A DNA stretch of 64,000 nt. It comes from a virus. The stretch covers positions 47,663 through 111,662 of IMG/VR virus record IMGVR_UViG_3300020477_001105; one strand, given 5' to 3'. The notes beneath the pieces were generated by a model. The model searched no databases. It saw only the letters and a program-made list of their open reading frames with translations, and had not been told where the DNA came from. Position 1 is the first letter of the stretch. The number at the start of each line of letters is the position of its first letter. Of this stretch, positions 1-9,847 are shown piece by piece. The translations under genes were made by a program, and so were the position numbers.

Positions 1-342
1 AGCTAATAGCTTATTTACTAAGCTATCTATAGGTTCATCCTCCTTATTGTAAGTTAAATTGTCAGCAGAATTTGCTTCATACGGATCCATATATCCACCA
101 GCATCTTCACCCCAGTTGAAATTAATACCATCATTCAGCTTCTCAAAAAACTTGCTTTGAGTCTCAAGCGTGTCCCATGTATGCTTTGTATAATTATGAA
201 AATATACTAAAGCAATTTCACCTAGATATTTGTCTAATGTGTTAGTGTAGCTGCTAGCAGCAATATGAAAATCAATAGAGTTAGCAACATCTGTATCAAC
301 AATGTGAGCTATTCCTGTCTTTACTGGAAACTGACTACCCAT
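1..342 (-). CDS. Partial hypothetical protein, probably baseplate region (runs off window)
   Basis: ATG at 342 overlaps the upstream stop (TAATG); open to position 1 (MGSQFPVKTGIAHIVDTDVANS...); absent from the ORF track. Confidence 0.7.
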   Translation of the reverse strand, partial: MGSQFPVKTGIAHIVDTDVANSIDFHIAASSYTNTLDKYLGEIALVYFHNYTKHTWDTLETQSKFFEKLNDGINFNWGEDAGGYMDPYEANSADNLTYNKEDEPIDSLVNKLLA

Positions 343-1862
343 TATGCTAACTGTGTCTCCTCTCCGCTCATGTCTATTCTCAACCCACCTGGTGTACCTG
401 GAGCGTCTAATAACAACGGTTCATACGTAAACGGTCTCACACATGATATATGATTAGCATATGCATTTTGTTCAAGCATGAAGACATGGCTGACTTTAAT
501 ACCTAACCAATCTCCCATCAATAATTTCTCGAAAGGTGTATCATTATTAGACGTCTTATCAGCTAACGTGTAAAATCTTCCTGCTTGTCTGTGAGTAGAG
601 CCATGTACAGTAAAGCTAATTCCTGGACTAAACGCTAAAGCCTTATTCATAACTCTACCAATTGTCTTTTTATACCAAGATCTAACACCAGTATCAATAT
701 TCTTAAAAACTCTATTTTCTAACTTATCTGCGTTGACAGGAAAAACGGCGTTAACAGTATGAGATACTAATTTATCATTTACTAGTTGCTCATACTTGTC
801 TCTGATAGATTGTATGTGAGTCTCTTTGCTTCTTATAATAAACTCTTTATTTCTACGGTCATACGTATGACCTAGGGTAGTAACTAACTCACTCATACTA
901 TCTGCATTTGATGTATTTAATAATTCAAAATTAGTTAATGAATCAAACATCTCTAATGTACCAGTGTCAATTTGTTTTGGTGATTTACCTTTTGGAATCT
1001 TACTGTTATTGACACCTTTAGTGTCTGTAGTTGTTCCACTATGGAGTGCAAATACATCTGCGTTTGCAGGTCCCAATCCTTCTCCTCGATCACCAACTGT
1101 GCCTTGAAAATAATCTGATACCGATCTTAATGAAAATAAACTAATATTAGGTGACCTTTCTGCTCGCAGGAAACAATTATCATCATCGCTAGACATATGA
1201 TCGTCTAGAACATACTCAATGTCATCGAACAGTGTTGTATCACCTGTAGACGTATAAAATATTTTGTTTGAACCTAATGACCAATCATCAGCCCACATTA
1301 ACTCAGCTCCTTTACCTTCTAAACCAGTTGTTAATAGGCTTTGAATCGCATCACCAGTATACATTGATCTATGTTCATCTGATAATTGACCAATATTAGG
1401 CATTATACCAGCCGCACCAGCAGTAGACCATCTTGTATTAATCTCTCTTAAATATTGTTCTCGAATATCTCTTAAATGATATATCTTTGTTTTGTTATTA
1501 GTATCACCATTAATAACCTCTTCTTCATCATATATAAAGAATGCAAAATTTAATCCCCATAACTCAATCGGAAACTTTCTTTCATCCCCAGCTTTATGTA
1601 CAGGTTTAATATCTACTAAGACTGTATCTCTACTATCAATATTAAACGTTGGAGTTAAGGGAGAGTTGTCTAATGCATTATGACTACTATTAATAGTCAA
1701 CTTACCTGTATGGAATATAGAGTATATATTATCCTCAATTAATATTTCTTGAACAATACCTCGAGGCAGTCTCTGAGCTGGGCTGTTACCATTAATCAAA
1801 ATTACGCTAATGTCGTAATTTTGATTATTCAGGCTAACAGTTAAAGTGCTTTCAAAACTCAT
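342..1862 (-). CDS. Putative baseplate hub protein (gp27-like)
   Basis: 506 aa; IEDNIYSIFHTGKLTI N-terminus and G...R.AG...GDW....V.H C-terminus resemble hub proteins; follows a gp53-like gene. Confidence 0.5.
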   Translation of the reverse strand: MSFESTLTVSLNNQNYDISVILINGNSPAQRLPRGIVQEILIEDNIYSIFHTGKLTINSSHNALDNSPLTPTFNIDSRDTVLVDIKPVHKAGDERKFPIELWGLNFAFFIYDEEEVINGDTNNKTKIYHLRDIREQYLREINTRWSTAGAAGIMPNIGQLSDEHRSMYTGDAIQSLLTTGLEGKGAELMWADDWSLGSNKIFYTSTGDTTLFDDIEYVLDDHMSSDDDNCFLRAERSPNISLFSLRSVSDYFQGTVGDRGEGLGPANADVFALHSGTTTDTKGVNNSKIPKGKSPKQIDTGTLEMFDSLTNFELLNTSNADSMSELVTTLGHTYDRRNKEFIIRSKETHIQSIRDKYEQLVNDKLVSHTVNAVFPVNADKLENRVFKNIDTGVRSWYKKTIGRVMNKALAFSPGISFTVHGSTHRQAGRFYTLADKTSNNDTPFEKLLMGDWLGIKVSHVFMLEQNAYANHISCVRPFTYEPLLLDAPGTPGGLRIDMSGEETQLA

Positions 1863-2233
1863 TGATTCTTAACTTGTCTATCTATCTCATCCAATACAGA
1901 TCTAACAACAGTTGGAGATATAATTCTCAATATAGTACCAGGTTCAGGATTATGTACCGGGTTAGTTATACCACTTGATATACATATTAACCACCACAAA
2001 TTAATCGTACCATATTCTAAATAACTTATCTGCGGCCAAGTCATGTTTCCACGTACATTGACATATGTAACGGCTCCTTCTGGTAAATCTCTAGGTATCT
2101 TGATCTTCTTCAGAATATTAAATGCATAATGATCACCTTCTTTATACATCTTAAAGATCTTCTCATACAAGAACTCATGAAGCTGTGGTAAAGCAGTAAT
2201 ATCGTTTTGCACCTTATCTAGTTCTGTTTTCAT
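1859..2233 (-). CDS. Baseplate wedge subunit (gp53-like, LysM-type)
   Basis: WPQISYLEYGTINLWWLI...NP motif typical of gp53. Confidence 0.75.
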   Translation of the reverse strand: MKTELDKVQNDITALPQLHEFLYEKIFKMYKEGDHYAFNILKKIKIPRDLPEGAVTYVNVRGNMTWPQISYLEYGTINLWWLICISSGITNPVHNPEPGTILRIISPTVVRSVLDEIDRQVKNQ

Positions 2234-3648
2234 TTTGACTTTCTTTGTATGTGATTAGTGTTTTGGTTCCAAGCCGTGGCAGTTGATTTTGTTTGCGGAC
2301 CTACTGCGGCATCATTAATGAACACTTCGTAGATATCTGCTCCTTGAGTAATAGCATGGAACATAAGATTTTTAGTTTCCGGTAGCAATGATTTTAAGGT
2401 GATATTTACTTCCCATGCTTCAGGTATTTGAGTTTTTATGCCACGGATTTTAGGATCAGGAGAACCTTGACTTGATCCTGCTTCCGTAACGTTTACACTT
2501 TTACCTTCATGTGATGTACTACCAGTACCATGGCGACGAACATAATCCGTTCCAGTTGATGGTTTCTTCTTCTCATACGGAGGATCTGTAAACGTCTTGG
2601 GATGAAAATTTGATCTATCGTCTACTTGTACAGGTACAACCATCTCGCGCTGAGTGCCATGGCTCTTAATTTGTAATCCTGAAATATATGCGTAAGGGAA
2701 ATAATGTAACCCATCAACCTCTACTTCATATATTACAGGAGGTTCTAAGAGTATCTTAGACGTCTTATTAGCTAAATTTTGATAAACTAACATGAACACT
2801 AATTGCCAGTTTTTTACCACATCCTCCCAAGAATTTGTATTATATAAATAAAATGTAAATTTAACGTCAGGTGTTGCTGTTTGATCGTAATGATAAGACT
2901 TTGGTAAATCTATATACGCACCTTTAGCTACAGTTTCAAACTGAGATGTAATCATTTGAGCTAACCCTACTGGTGCATCTTTTAATATTGTACTAAATAT
3001 ACCACCTCCACGAACATCTCCCCATGCTTGACCTACTGATTTATATTCATCAACAAAATAAGGCATTATATATTGAAACCCTGTAGGTTGTACACCATAT
3101 AACCCCCAATAAGGTGTTAACCACGGTACATCATTTTTTATATTATCTGGAGGGTTTACTGTAATTTCAAAGTTTCCTGCATCTGGACCAAGTACAGTTT
3201 TTTTAACTTTTGTTTCTATTTCCTTAATTTTCTCTACAGCCTTTTCAACTTTTGCCTTATGTTCTTTTAACTTTTCATTAGCCGGGGAAGATCCAGAACC
3301 AGCTTGGCCGAATATACCTTCACCTATCGTTAATCCCTTATCCACTGCGTCTGTACCCATCGTAAGAAGATATCTTAACTGTTGCATTACAGAGTTAAAC
3401 TCTATCTTATACTCCGACAGTTTGACGCGAGGTACTTCGTTACGACCTATAGAAGGTGTATGTGTCCATTGATGATCTGTAATAACATTAATTATCTGAG
3501 GGTCAAAATTACCCCGACTCGATGCCCGTGATTTTTGAGGTATGAGCTCAGGAGCCGCAGCGTTGTTCATATTAGGAAGGCTTACCTTGTTAAAGCCTAG
3601 GTCCTCCTTATCCATTGTCTTTATCTTAAATAGATGTCTCTCGTTCAT
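2230..3648 (-). CDS. Putative baseplate/tail-tube junction protein (gp48-like)
   Basis: FTFYLYN and PPVIYEV motifs; position in tail module. Confidence 0.45.
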   Translation of the reverse strand: MNERHLFKIKTMDKEDLGFNKVSLPNMNNAAAPELIPQKSRASSRGNFDPQIINVITDHQWTHTPSIGRNEVPRVKLSEYKIEFNSVMQQLRYLLTMGTDAVDKGLTIGEGIFGQAGSGSSPANEKLKEHKAKVEKAVEKIKEIETKVKKTVLGPDAGNFEITVNPPDNIKNDVPWLTPYWGLYGVQPTGFQYIMPYFVDEYKSVGQAWGDVRGGGIFSTILKDAPVGLAQMITSQFETVAKGAYIDLPKSYHYDQTATPDVKFTFYLYNTNSWEDVVKNWQLVFMLVYQNLANKTSKILLEPPVIYEVEVDGLHYFPYAYISGLQIKSHGTQREMVVPVQVDDRSNFHPKTFTDPPYEKKKPSTGTDYVRRHGTGSTSHEGKSVNVTEAGSSQGSPDPKIRGIKTQIPEAWEVNITLKSLLPETKNLMFHAITQGADIYEVFINDAAVGPQTKSTATAWNQNTNHIQRKSK

Positions 3649-6029
3649 ATGTTAAGCTTCCTCGCGCTAGTATTCGGACCAGTACCAGCTGGCATCTGTA
3701 TCTGTTGGCCGCCCGGGGCTACCATTGCTACTGTACTCGGCTGTATACTCTCTATTGCTGTTATTAATTTCTCGTTACTTGTTTCAATAACCTCCATTAA
3801 AGTCTTACCAGTATTACCTACTAATGCACCTACAATACCATCTGTTACTTTCTTGAAATCAGCATCTAATTTAATTGATGCTTGAGGTTGAGGTTTAGCA
3901 TCCGGGTCTGCAGGTTTTTCAGGTTTAGCTTCTGGTGCAGGTTTTTCATCTCCAGGTGTTAGGAACGATTTTACTTTCTGCTCTGCTTGTTGTTGGAACA
4001 TTTTAAGTACATCACCTTTTGCACCATGCCTCCAAGCAGCGCCTTTGAGTATTAGATTACTTTGAAGTTTCATAGCTTCAGCCGCTGTGTTTTGGCTTTT
4101 TATTATTTCATCTAAGTTAACCCCGGCTCCGGTAAGTTTGGCGACAGCACCCTTATCCTTTTTAATTTGTTCAAGACCGGTATCTATAACTCTATCAAAC
4201 CCGGGGATAAATTGACCTATCTTTAATATACCCTGGAGCCAGTTTCCATCTGCGATATCGGTAAACCCGCTTATAACAGTCTTGACAGGCTCTAGCACGT
4301 TTTGTATTAGTGGTGACTCTACGAATCCTTTCCAAACATCACCAGGTGAAGGGATTTTATCTATACCAAATTCTTTTCCTAAATTCTGAATAGCTTCTAC
4401 GGGCCCTTTTTCCAAGAGTCTACCGATACTAGGGAATAATGCTCCTTCACCTTGACCAAATAACATCTCTACTGGTCGACGTTGGAAATTTTCAATCCAG
4501 TTCCCTAAATTTGTACTATAAAACCACTCTCCAAGATCGAAGCTTAATATATCTTCTTTGAGTGCAGTTTTGAAATCTTTATCAAGCATTGCCATTATAC
4601 TGTTTACTGTCTCTTCGCTCGCCACTAATCCTAAAGCAGTCTGCAATGGCTTCTCTTGCATTCCAGTTAGAAATGCTTGTACACTTGTATATAAATTACT
4701 ACTTGTAATCTTATCCCAGAAACCACCTTCTCCTTTAACATTGAGCAATCCACCAGCATCAAAAATGCCTTTATCACTGCTAAGGAAGTTTATTATTCCT
4801 TGAGGTAGGATAAATTTCAATTCATTCCAGTCTCCAGATTTTCCAAACTCATTAATGTGATCGAAGATAGTTTTATCGCCTTCTCCAGCAAATAGAGATT
4901 TAAATCTCTTCTGTAAGCCAACTACTAATTTGTTCAGGAACCCTCCAAGGTCAATTTCTTTAAATCCGAACAAGTTTACATTTTCTACAACATCAACACC
5001 ACCACCGGCGTCTATAAATTTCTTAATTGAATCTAAAATAGGCTTTAAAGGCTTAATTGCATCACCCATAGCAGTTAGATCAAATTTGCCTGCTGCTTCT
5101 AAGAACTGGCCAATATTTTTAAAGAATGTTTTCTCTTTTAAGCTTGTTATAAATCTATTAATAACACCTAGCAGTCCACCTTCAAGATTAACCTGATCTA
5201 ACCCAAGTGCTGCTATTGTAGTACCGGGTAAAACCTTCTTCCAATCAATCTTAACAATTGCATCGCCTAAAATGGGTACAATTTGTTCTATAGCAGATGC
5301 TAAAAATGAACCGAATTTATCTTTAATCGCTTTCCATAAGTCATTAAATCCCTTACCAGCGTCAACTCTTTTTATCCATTCACCGCCAAGCGCACCTGCG
5401 GGCATCCTCTCGGTTGTCTTTCCACCTACCCATTTCAAGAACGTACTAAATCCTGGAATAGCTACAGCCATTCGTGCTATGCCACCTTTAATATTACCTT
5501 TAGTGACTTCCAATATACCTGTAAGAAGGTGCTTTAAGTGGAAGAATGGGAACTTACTCAACAACCCGTCTTTCTCGTTTAAGAGCTTTTTACCAAAATC
5601 TACAAAACTAATTTGACCTTCTAATAGCGCTTTCCAATCAGCTCCTAATATAGAGCCTATAACTGCACCTGCTGCACCTCCAAAGAATATCATCTTAAAC
5701 ACTTTGCTTAAAAATCCTTCCTTCTGCTGTACCTTTACGTTGGGCATTTGCATTTGAGGCATAACCTTAGCAAGATAATCAGCAAAATGAGTTAATGGTC
5801 TAACGGAATTTCCTACTGAGTATCCTTGAATTACAACTTGTTGTACGTTTTTAAACTGACTACGGCTGTTATTTGCTATAGCATTAGGAAGAGCAGCCAA
5901 TGTCTTATTAACACTATCTAGAGAAGATTTTTGCTGCCTTGCAACATTAACTAGAGTATTAGTAGACGTAGATAGCCCGTTAAGGGTACCTAGCATTCTA
6001 TTAAACATTGCAGCGGATTGGTCGGCCAT
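3645..6029 (-). CDS. Putative tape-measure-like tail protein
   Basis: 794 aa, helical and Gly/Phe/Trp-rich, N-terminal hydrophobic segment; tail-module context. Confidence 0.5.
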   Translation of the reverse strand: MADQSAAMFNRMLGTLNGLSTSTNTLVNVARQQKSSLDSVNKTLAALPNAIANNSRSQFKNVQQVVIQGYSVGNSVRPLTHFADYLAKVMPQMQMPNVKVQQKEGFLSKVFKMIFFGGAAGAVIGSILGADWKALLEGQISFVDFGKKLLNEKDGLLSKFPFFHLKHLLTGILEVTKGNIKGGIARMAVAIPGFSTFLKWVGGKTTERMPAGALGGEWIKRVDAGKGFNDLWKAIKDKFGSFLASAIEQIVPILGDAIVKIDWKKVLPGTTIAALGLDQVNLEGGLLGVINRFITSLKEKTFFKNIGQFLEAAGKFDLTAMGDAIKPLKPILDSIKKFIDAGGGVDVVENVNLFGFKEIDLGGFLNKLVVGLQKRFKSLFAGEGDKTIFDHINEFGKSGDWNELKFILPQGIINFLSSDKGIFDAGGLLNVKGEGGFWDKITSSNLYTSVQAFLTGMQEKPLQTALGLVASEETVNSIMAMLDKDFKTALKEDILSFDLGEWFYSTNLGNWIENFQRRPVEMLFGQGEGALFPSIGRLLEKGPVEAIQNLGKEFGIDKIPSPGDVWKGFVESPLIQNVLEPVKTVISGFTDIADGNWLQGILKIGQFIPGFDRVIDTGLEQIKKDKGAVAKLTGAGVNLDEIIKSQNTAAEAMKLQSNLILKGAAWRHGAKGDVLKMFQQQAEQKVKSFLTPGDEKPAPEAKPEKPADPDAKPQPQASIKLDADFKKVTDGIVGALVGNTGKTLMEVIETSNEKLITAIESIQPSTVAMVAPGGQQIQMPAGTGPNTSARKLNI

Positions 6030-6057
6030 AAATACTGTAAGTATTTATCGGAAACGC

Positions 6058-6921
6058 TTATAACCCGATGAAGAGATTTGCATCTACTGCAAGAATAGCA
6101 TTTTTACCGGAAGCGTCTTTATAAGTTAAAGGTCCGTCTCTAAACTTCTTAAGCTTATTGATATAATTAGAAACTCCAGATATTACCCCAGATGGAAGTT
6201 TTTGTAAAATTGCAATATTGTCGTCTAATAAGGAGACATCAGTGAAATTTAACGTTGTGCTTTTGTCTCCCTTGTTGATCACAATGGACTTAATATATTT
6301 GCATATCTCAACAAAGAACACCTCAGATACGACCTTCTCAATATCTTGAACTACCTTTTCGGCATCTTTTGTCTCGAAGTTGTCTTTATAGACATTTTGA
6401 AAATACGTATTCAGAGCATAATCAGTTTCTATGGACGGGATACCGAGATTAACGTCAATGTTACCTGACTTGTATTCATACGTTTTGCTATAGGTCATAA
6501 GACCGTCATCGATGCGGGTCTTTTTGAGTTTATCTACTATCTTACCTAGCTCAACTACCACGGTTTTATCGTCATCTATGATGTCAATAGTGTCGTTGGA
6601 ATATGCACGGAGCTGCAGCATAATAGCATCTCTATCTAGAGTAGTTAGAGTATAGCCGAGCTTAGCATCATCCTCAGTACAATTGTTAGCTATGATTTGA
6701 TTGAAATTGTTGACAACTTGTAATCCGGCAGAAACTCCATATACATCTTTTTGTGCACCGATCTGAAGCTCCATAATGCCCTTCATCTGCGATACATCTA
6801 GTGGTCTAAATTTAATTGTCTTGCCAAGAGTAGGGCACCATGCTTCAACTGGATTGTCTGTATAAAACTCTTCAATATCCTGCAGGACATCCATGTAGTT
6901 GGTTTGTGCAGTATTACTCAT
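6058..6921 (-). CDS. Baseplate hub assembly protein (gp26-like)
   Basis: CPTLGKTIKFRPL and LTTLDRDAIMLQLRAYS motifs; ATG at 6921 lies 6 nt below TAAATA. Confidence 0.65.
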   Translation of the reverse strand: MSNTAQTNYMDVLQDIEEFYTDNPVEAWCPTLGKTIKFRPLDVSQMKGIMELQIGAQKDVYGVSAGLQVVNNFNQIIANNCTEDDAKLGYTLTTLDRDAIMLQLRAYSNDTIDIIDDDKTVVVELGKIVDKLKKTRIDDGLMTYSKTYEYKSGNIDVNLGIPSIETDYALNTYFQNVYKDNFETKDAEKVVQDIEKVVSEVFFVEICKYIKSIVINKGDKSTTLNFTDVSLLDDNIAILQKLPSGVISGVSNYINKLKKFRDGPLTYKDASGKNAILAVDANLFIGL

Positions 6922-6950
6922 CAATGTTATTTACAGAAAGAACTCGTTTT

Positions 6951-7832
6951 TCAACCTTTCAGGCTGTTGTTAGGGTTTACAGATTGTCCGGATTGTTGTT
7001 TCTGTTCTTCTTCTTTCTGCTTTTTAATTTCCTCGTTAATAATATTATAATATAACATTAGTTCAGCAGGGGCACAGTTGTTTATACTTTCATGCGTGAA
7101 GTTAAAGTGTTTAATTAGCGTGTATTCGGTTTCATAAAACTGCTTGAGATCTGTATTGAAGAATAACCTGATTATCTCTGCAATTGATCTATTGATAAAA
7201 GATAAGTGCATTTCTTGATCTGATCCTAGCTTAATTACAGGTGTCGTTTTTAGTATTTGTTCCTGTTCATATAAAAACTCTAATACACTAGATAATACAA
7301 ACGAAGGCAACTTATCAATTACCTCTCTCCTCTGATCTAGAGTTAATTCTCTTGCGTCAATAGCATTACCGTTAAACTCAATAACATCAATACTACTAGT
7401 AATCATATCTAACTGATTTTCCGCAGCTAACACTTTAGGTATTGTTCCTTCAACCTTAATACCATTTTTATCAATATTAAAAGTGTGTGCTACTTTATGC
7501 TGTTTAATCTTATCAATGACATCATTAACACTAATTTCAAATTGCTCTTGCCTGCCTTTGTCGACGATAGTTGTAAATTTAGCAACTGGTGAGACATTGT
7601 ATGCTCTAATACCTAATAATATTCCTAATTTGTCAATACACGAAAGGTTGTCAGTATCAATATCATTAACTGATAGATCCTTAATAAGAGTACTAACGAA
7701 CATTTCTAGAATATTTGTATCACCGTTAAGAAGTACTTTAACAAAATTTTTATTTTGCCTGTGAGTGAATTGTTTGAAGTATAGAACGCTATCAGTAGAT
7801 ATTTGTTCTACAGGGTATATAAAGTCACTCAT
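6951..7832 (-). CDS. gp26-like paralog with gp51-like C-terminus
   Basis: LSCIDKLGILLGIRAYNV; C-terminal LIKHFNFTHESINNCAPAELMLYYNII resembles gp51. Confidence 0.55.
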   Translation of the reverse strand: MSDFIYPVEQISTDSVLYFKQFTHRQNKNFVKVLLNGDTNILEMFVSTLIKDLSVNDIDTDNLSCIDKLGILLGIRAYNVSPVAKFTTIVDKGRQEQFEISVNDVIDKIKQHKVAHTFNIDKNGIKVEGTIPKVLAAENQLDMITSSIDVIEFNGNAIDARELTLDQRREVIDKLPSFVLSSVLEFLYEQEQILKTTPVIKLGSDQEMHLSFINRSIAEIIRLFFNTDLKQFYETEYTLIKHFNFTHESINNCAPAELMLYYNIINEEIKKQKEEEQKQQSGQSVNPNNSLKG

Positions 7833-7845
7833 GTATAATGACTTA

Positions 7846-9222
7846 TTACAAGCCTAACATATTACGACCAGAATTCATAATACCATTAGCTATTCGACCA
7901 GGCATACCTAATAATCCACCACCGCTTCGTTTAGATTTAGCAGGAAGGGATACCGCATTACCGCCAAACGCTGCATCGTCCCATGCTGCCATTTCTAGTG
8001 CATGATTAATGCCTCCCTCAGGTAAAATAGCTTGATATCTCGTAAATACAAATTCAACGTCTCTTCTATCTGGGCCACCTTCCGGTGTATACGAGTACCT
8101 CTCGTTAGCAACGTTAATAGGGAAACAATCCTTAAAGTGGAACATTTTTCTTAATACAAATCCACGCACGTTAGCCATCTGACCGGGATCACCTCCACCA
8201 GCAGCATGATGAGAAGCTGGATCTACACCCATGCGACCGAAATTTAACAGGAACATATCTGTCTTAATATCCAAATCAGCGACTGGTCTAGCTACTAACC
8301 CATAATGTGATGTTTGAATAACCCACGGACGTATCAAAAAATCAACAAACGATACATTTGTTTCTAAAAATTCTACGTTTAAAGATCCGAACGGGTTACG
8401 CTGTTTCACAACAGGGGCCTTAATAAAGCCTCTATTAGGAATACCAACAGTTTCAGTACCTAAATTCTCTGGCGGGATACCAACTGTTTGTGCAAATGCA
8501 CATCCAATATGAGATCTATACATTGGAGGTGTATGTACAGTTTCACGTCCCATATCAACACCCCATGATGCATTAATCTCTTCACCCCATCCCTGCATAC
8601 CATAACTAGTGGTACCAGGAGCTGGAGCGTCATTGCTTTCTTCATTTACAGAAGTTAGATTATCTTTAATAGCTGGTGGAACGTTAAATACTAGACACCA
8701 TAGCTGATTTAATGGCAATGAAGATTCCCACTTACTTAAAACATTAAAAAAGTGGCTTCTAACAGCTACCGGGTTACCTGTTGCATCAAACACATTATTA
8801 ATGATTTGCTCGCTGTTACCTATTAATTTTTCTAGATTAGTTTTTAAATCTAACCCGTAAGCATTTTTTGTGATAGGTTTATTAGTGGCGGTGTAATCTG
8901 TAGCAGGCTTCGCTGCAGCGGGTGGAGCAACCGGAGCAGTAGGGTTCGGTGTTCCCTCTAATCCTTCACTGCCTACCCTGTTCCCTGCAGCATTTAATTT
9001 TGCAAGATTCTCACGAGATACGGGTCGAGCTTGAACACCGGGGTCAGTAAGAGCTTTTCCGCTCTGTGGATCTATATACCCCATCTGAGACGCGTTATTA
9101 TCAGGAAGGTCACTAACATCCTGTTGCGGGGTTCCCATTCTCTGAACACGCCTTTGGTTATTGACCCGTGCACGAGCTATTTGAGCCTGTTGATAGTTCG
9201 GAGGTGGTTGTGGTGCCGCCAT
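7846..9222 (-). CDS. Tail-tube-fold baseplate protein (gp54-like)
   Basis: LNVEFLETN...IRPW, FKDCFPINV and VEFVF tail-tube-fold motifs; Pro/Gln-rich N-terminus. Confidence 0.55.
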   Translation of the reverse strand: MAAPQPPPNYQQAQIARARVNNQRRVQRMGTPQQDVSDLPDNNASQMGYIDPQSGKALTDPGVQARPVSRENLAKLNAAGNRVGSEGLEGTPNPTAPVAPPAAAKPATDYTATNKPITKNAYGLDLKTNLEKLIGNSEQIINNVFDATGNPVAVRSHFFNVLSKWESSLPLNQLWCLVFNVPPAIKDNLTSVNEESNDAPAPGTTSYGMQGWGEEINASWGVDMGRETVHTPPMYRSHIGCAFAQTVGIPPENLGTETVGIPNRGFIKAPVVKQRNPFGSLNVEFLETNVSFVDFLIRPWVIQTSHYGLVARPVADLDIKTDMFLLNFGRMGVDPASHHAAGGGDPGQMANVRGFVLRKMFHFKDCFPINVANERYSYTPEGGPDRRDVEFVFTRYQAILPEGGINHALEMAAWDDAAFGGNAVSLPAKSKRSGGGLLGMPGRIANGIMNSGRNMLGL

Positions 9223-9228
9223 ATAAAA

Positions 9229-9236
9229 TATTTATC
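9229..9236 (-). promoter_or_regulatory. T4-type late promoter (GATAAATA)
   Basis: TAAATA 6 nt upstream of ATG 9222; the same 18-nt context occurs at 12228-12245. Confidence 0.75.
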
Positions 9237-9260
9237 CCGCAACGGTCAGTTACGGGATAA
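9232..9260. terminator. Hairpin after the tail tube gene, overlapping the next late promoter
   Basis: TTATCCCG...CGGGATAA inverted repeat. Confidence 0.5.
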
Positions 9261-9281
9261 CTAATGTGATGTTAATCGGAA

Positions 9282-9827
9282 TTAAACTGGTAGAATATTA
9301 CGTCTCCAGTATTGATATGCTAATGTTGCTTGGAATTCAACAACTTCACCGTTACCGGTAGTGTTATAAACCAGCTCACCAACAGTAATCGGCCAAACAC
9401 CGACTAATTGGTAAACTCTAACAACATCTAAGTTAGCATTTAATTGTGCAAGAGAAACTGTAGAATTAGCATACAACCTATAAGCACCAGTACTTGTCTC
9501 ATCATCAAAGATTGAACGAGACCAATTTTCAAAGACGGTTCTAATTGCATTGTCACCATCAGCTCTAAATGTAATCTGATAACCAGTGGCATCAGGGTAC
9601 TCAACGGAGCCAGGAAGGTTAAACTGCAAGCCCATGAAAGGGGTGGGTACATTCTGAATGCCACGGGCAGGAAGGTTGGCGGCAGTAGCGTAGACTAAGT
9701 CGTCTTGTGTTAATACCGGTGCACCTCTATCAGAGACGTCAAGCACTCTGAACTGGAAATCGCGTGCGAAATCGCGTTCTTGTGCAACTCGATAGAAATC
9801 TTGAATTCCTTGTTGTATGTTTGGCAT
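9282..9827 (-). CDS. gp19: Tail tube protein
   Basis: FENW, YQLVGVWPITVGEL and EFQATLAYQYW motifs; directly after the sheath gene. Confidence 0.9.
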   Translation of the reverse strand: MPNIQQGIQDFYRVAQERDFARDFQFRVLDVSDRGAPVLTQDDLVYATAANLPARGIQNVPTPFMGLQFNLPGSVEYPDATGYQITFRADGDNAIRTVFENWSRSIFDDETSTGAYRLYANSTVSLAQLNANLDVVRVYQLVGVWPITVGELVYNTTGNGEVVEFQATLAYQYWRRNILPV

Positions 9828-9847
9828 ATCTTGTAATTATTTAGTCG

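Noticed and set aside
3634-5616. Short plus-strand ORFs opposite the tape-measure-like gene (and similar antisense ORFs elsewhere)
   Set aside because: Shadow ORFs of long genes, without promoters or motifs
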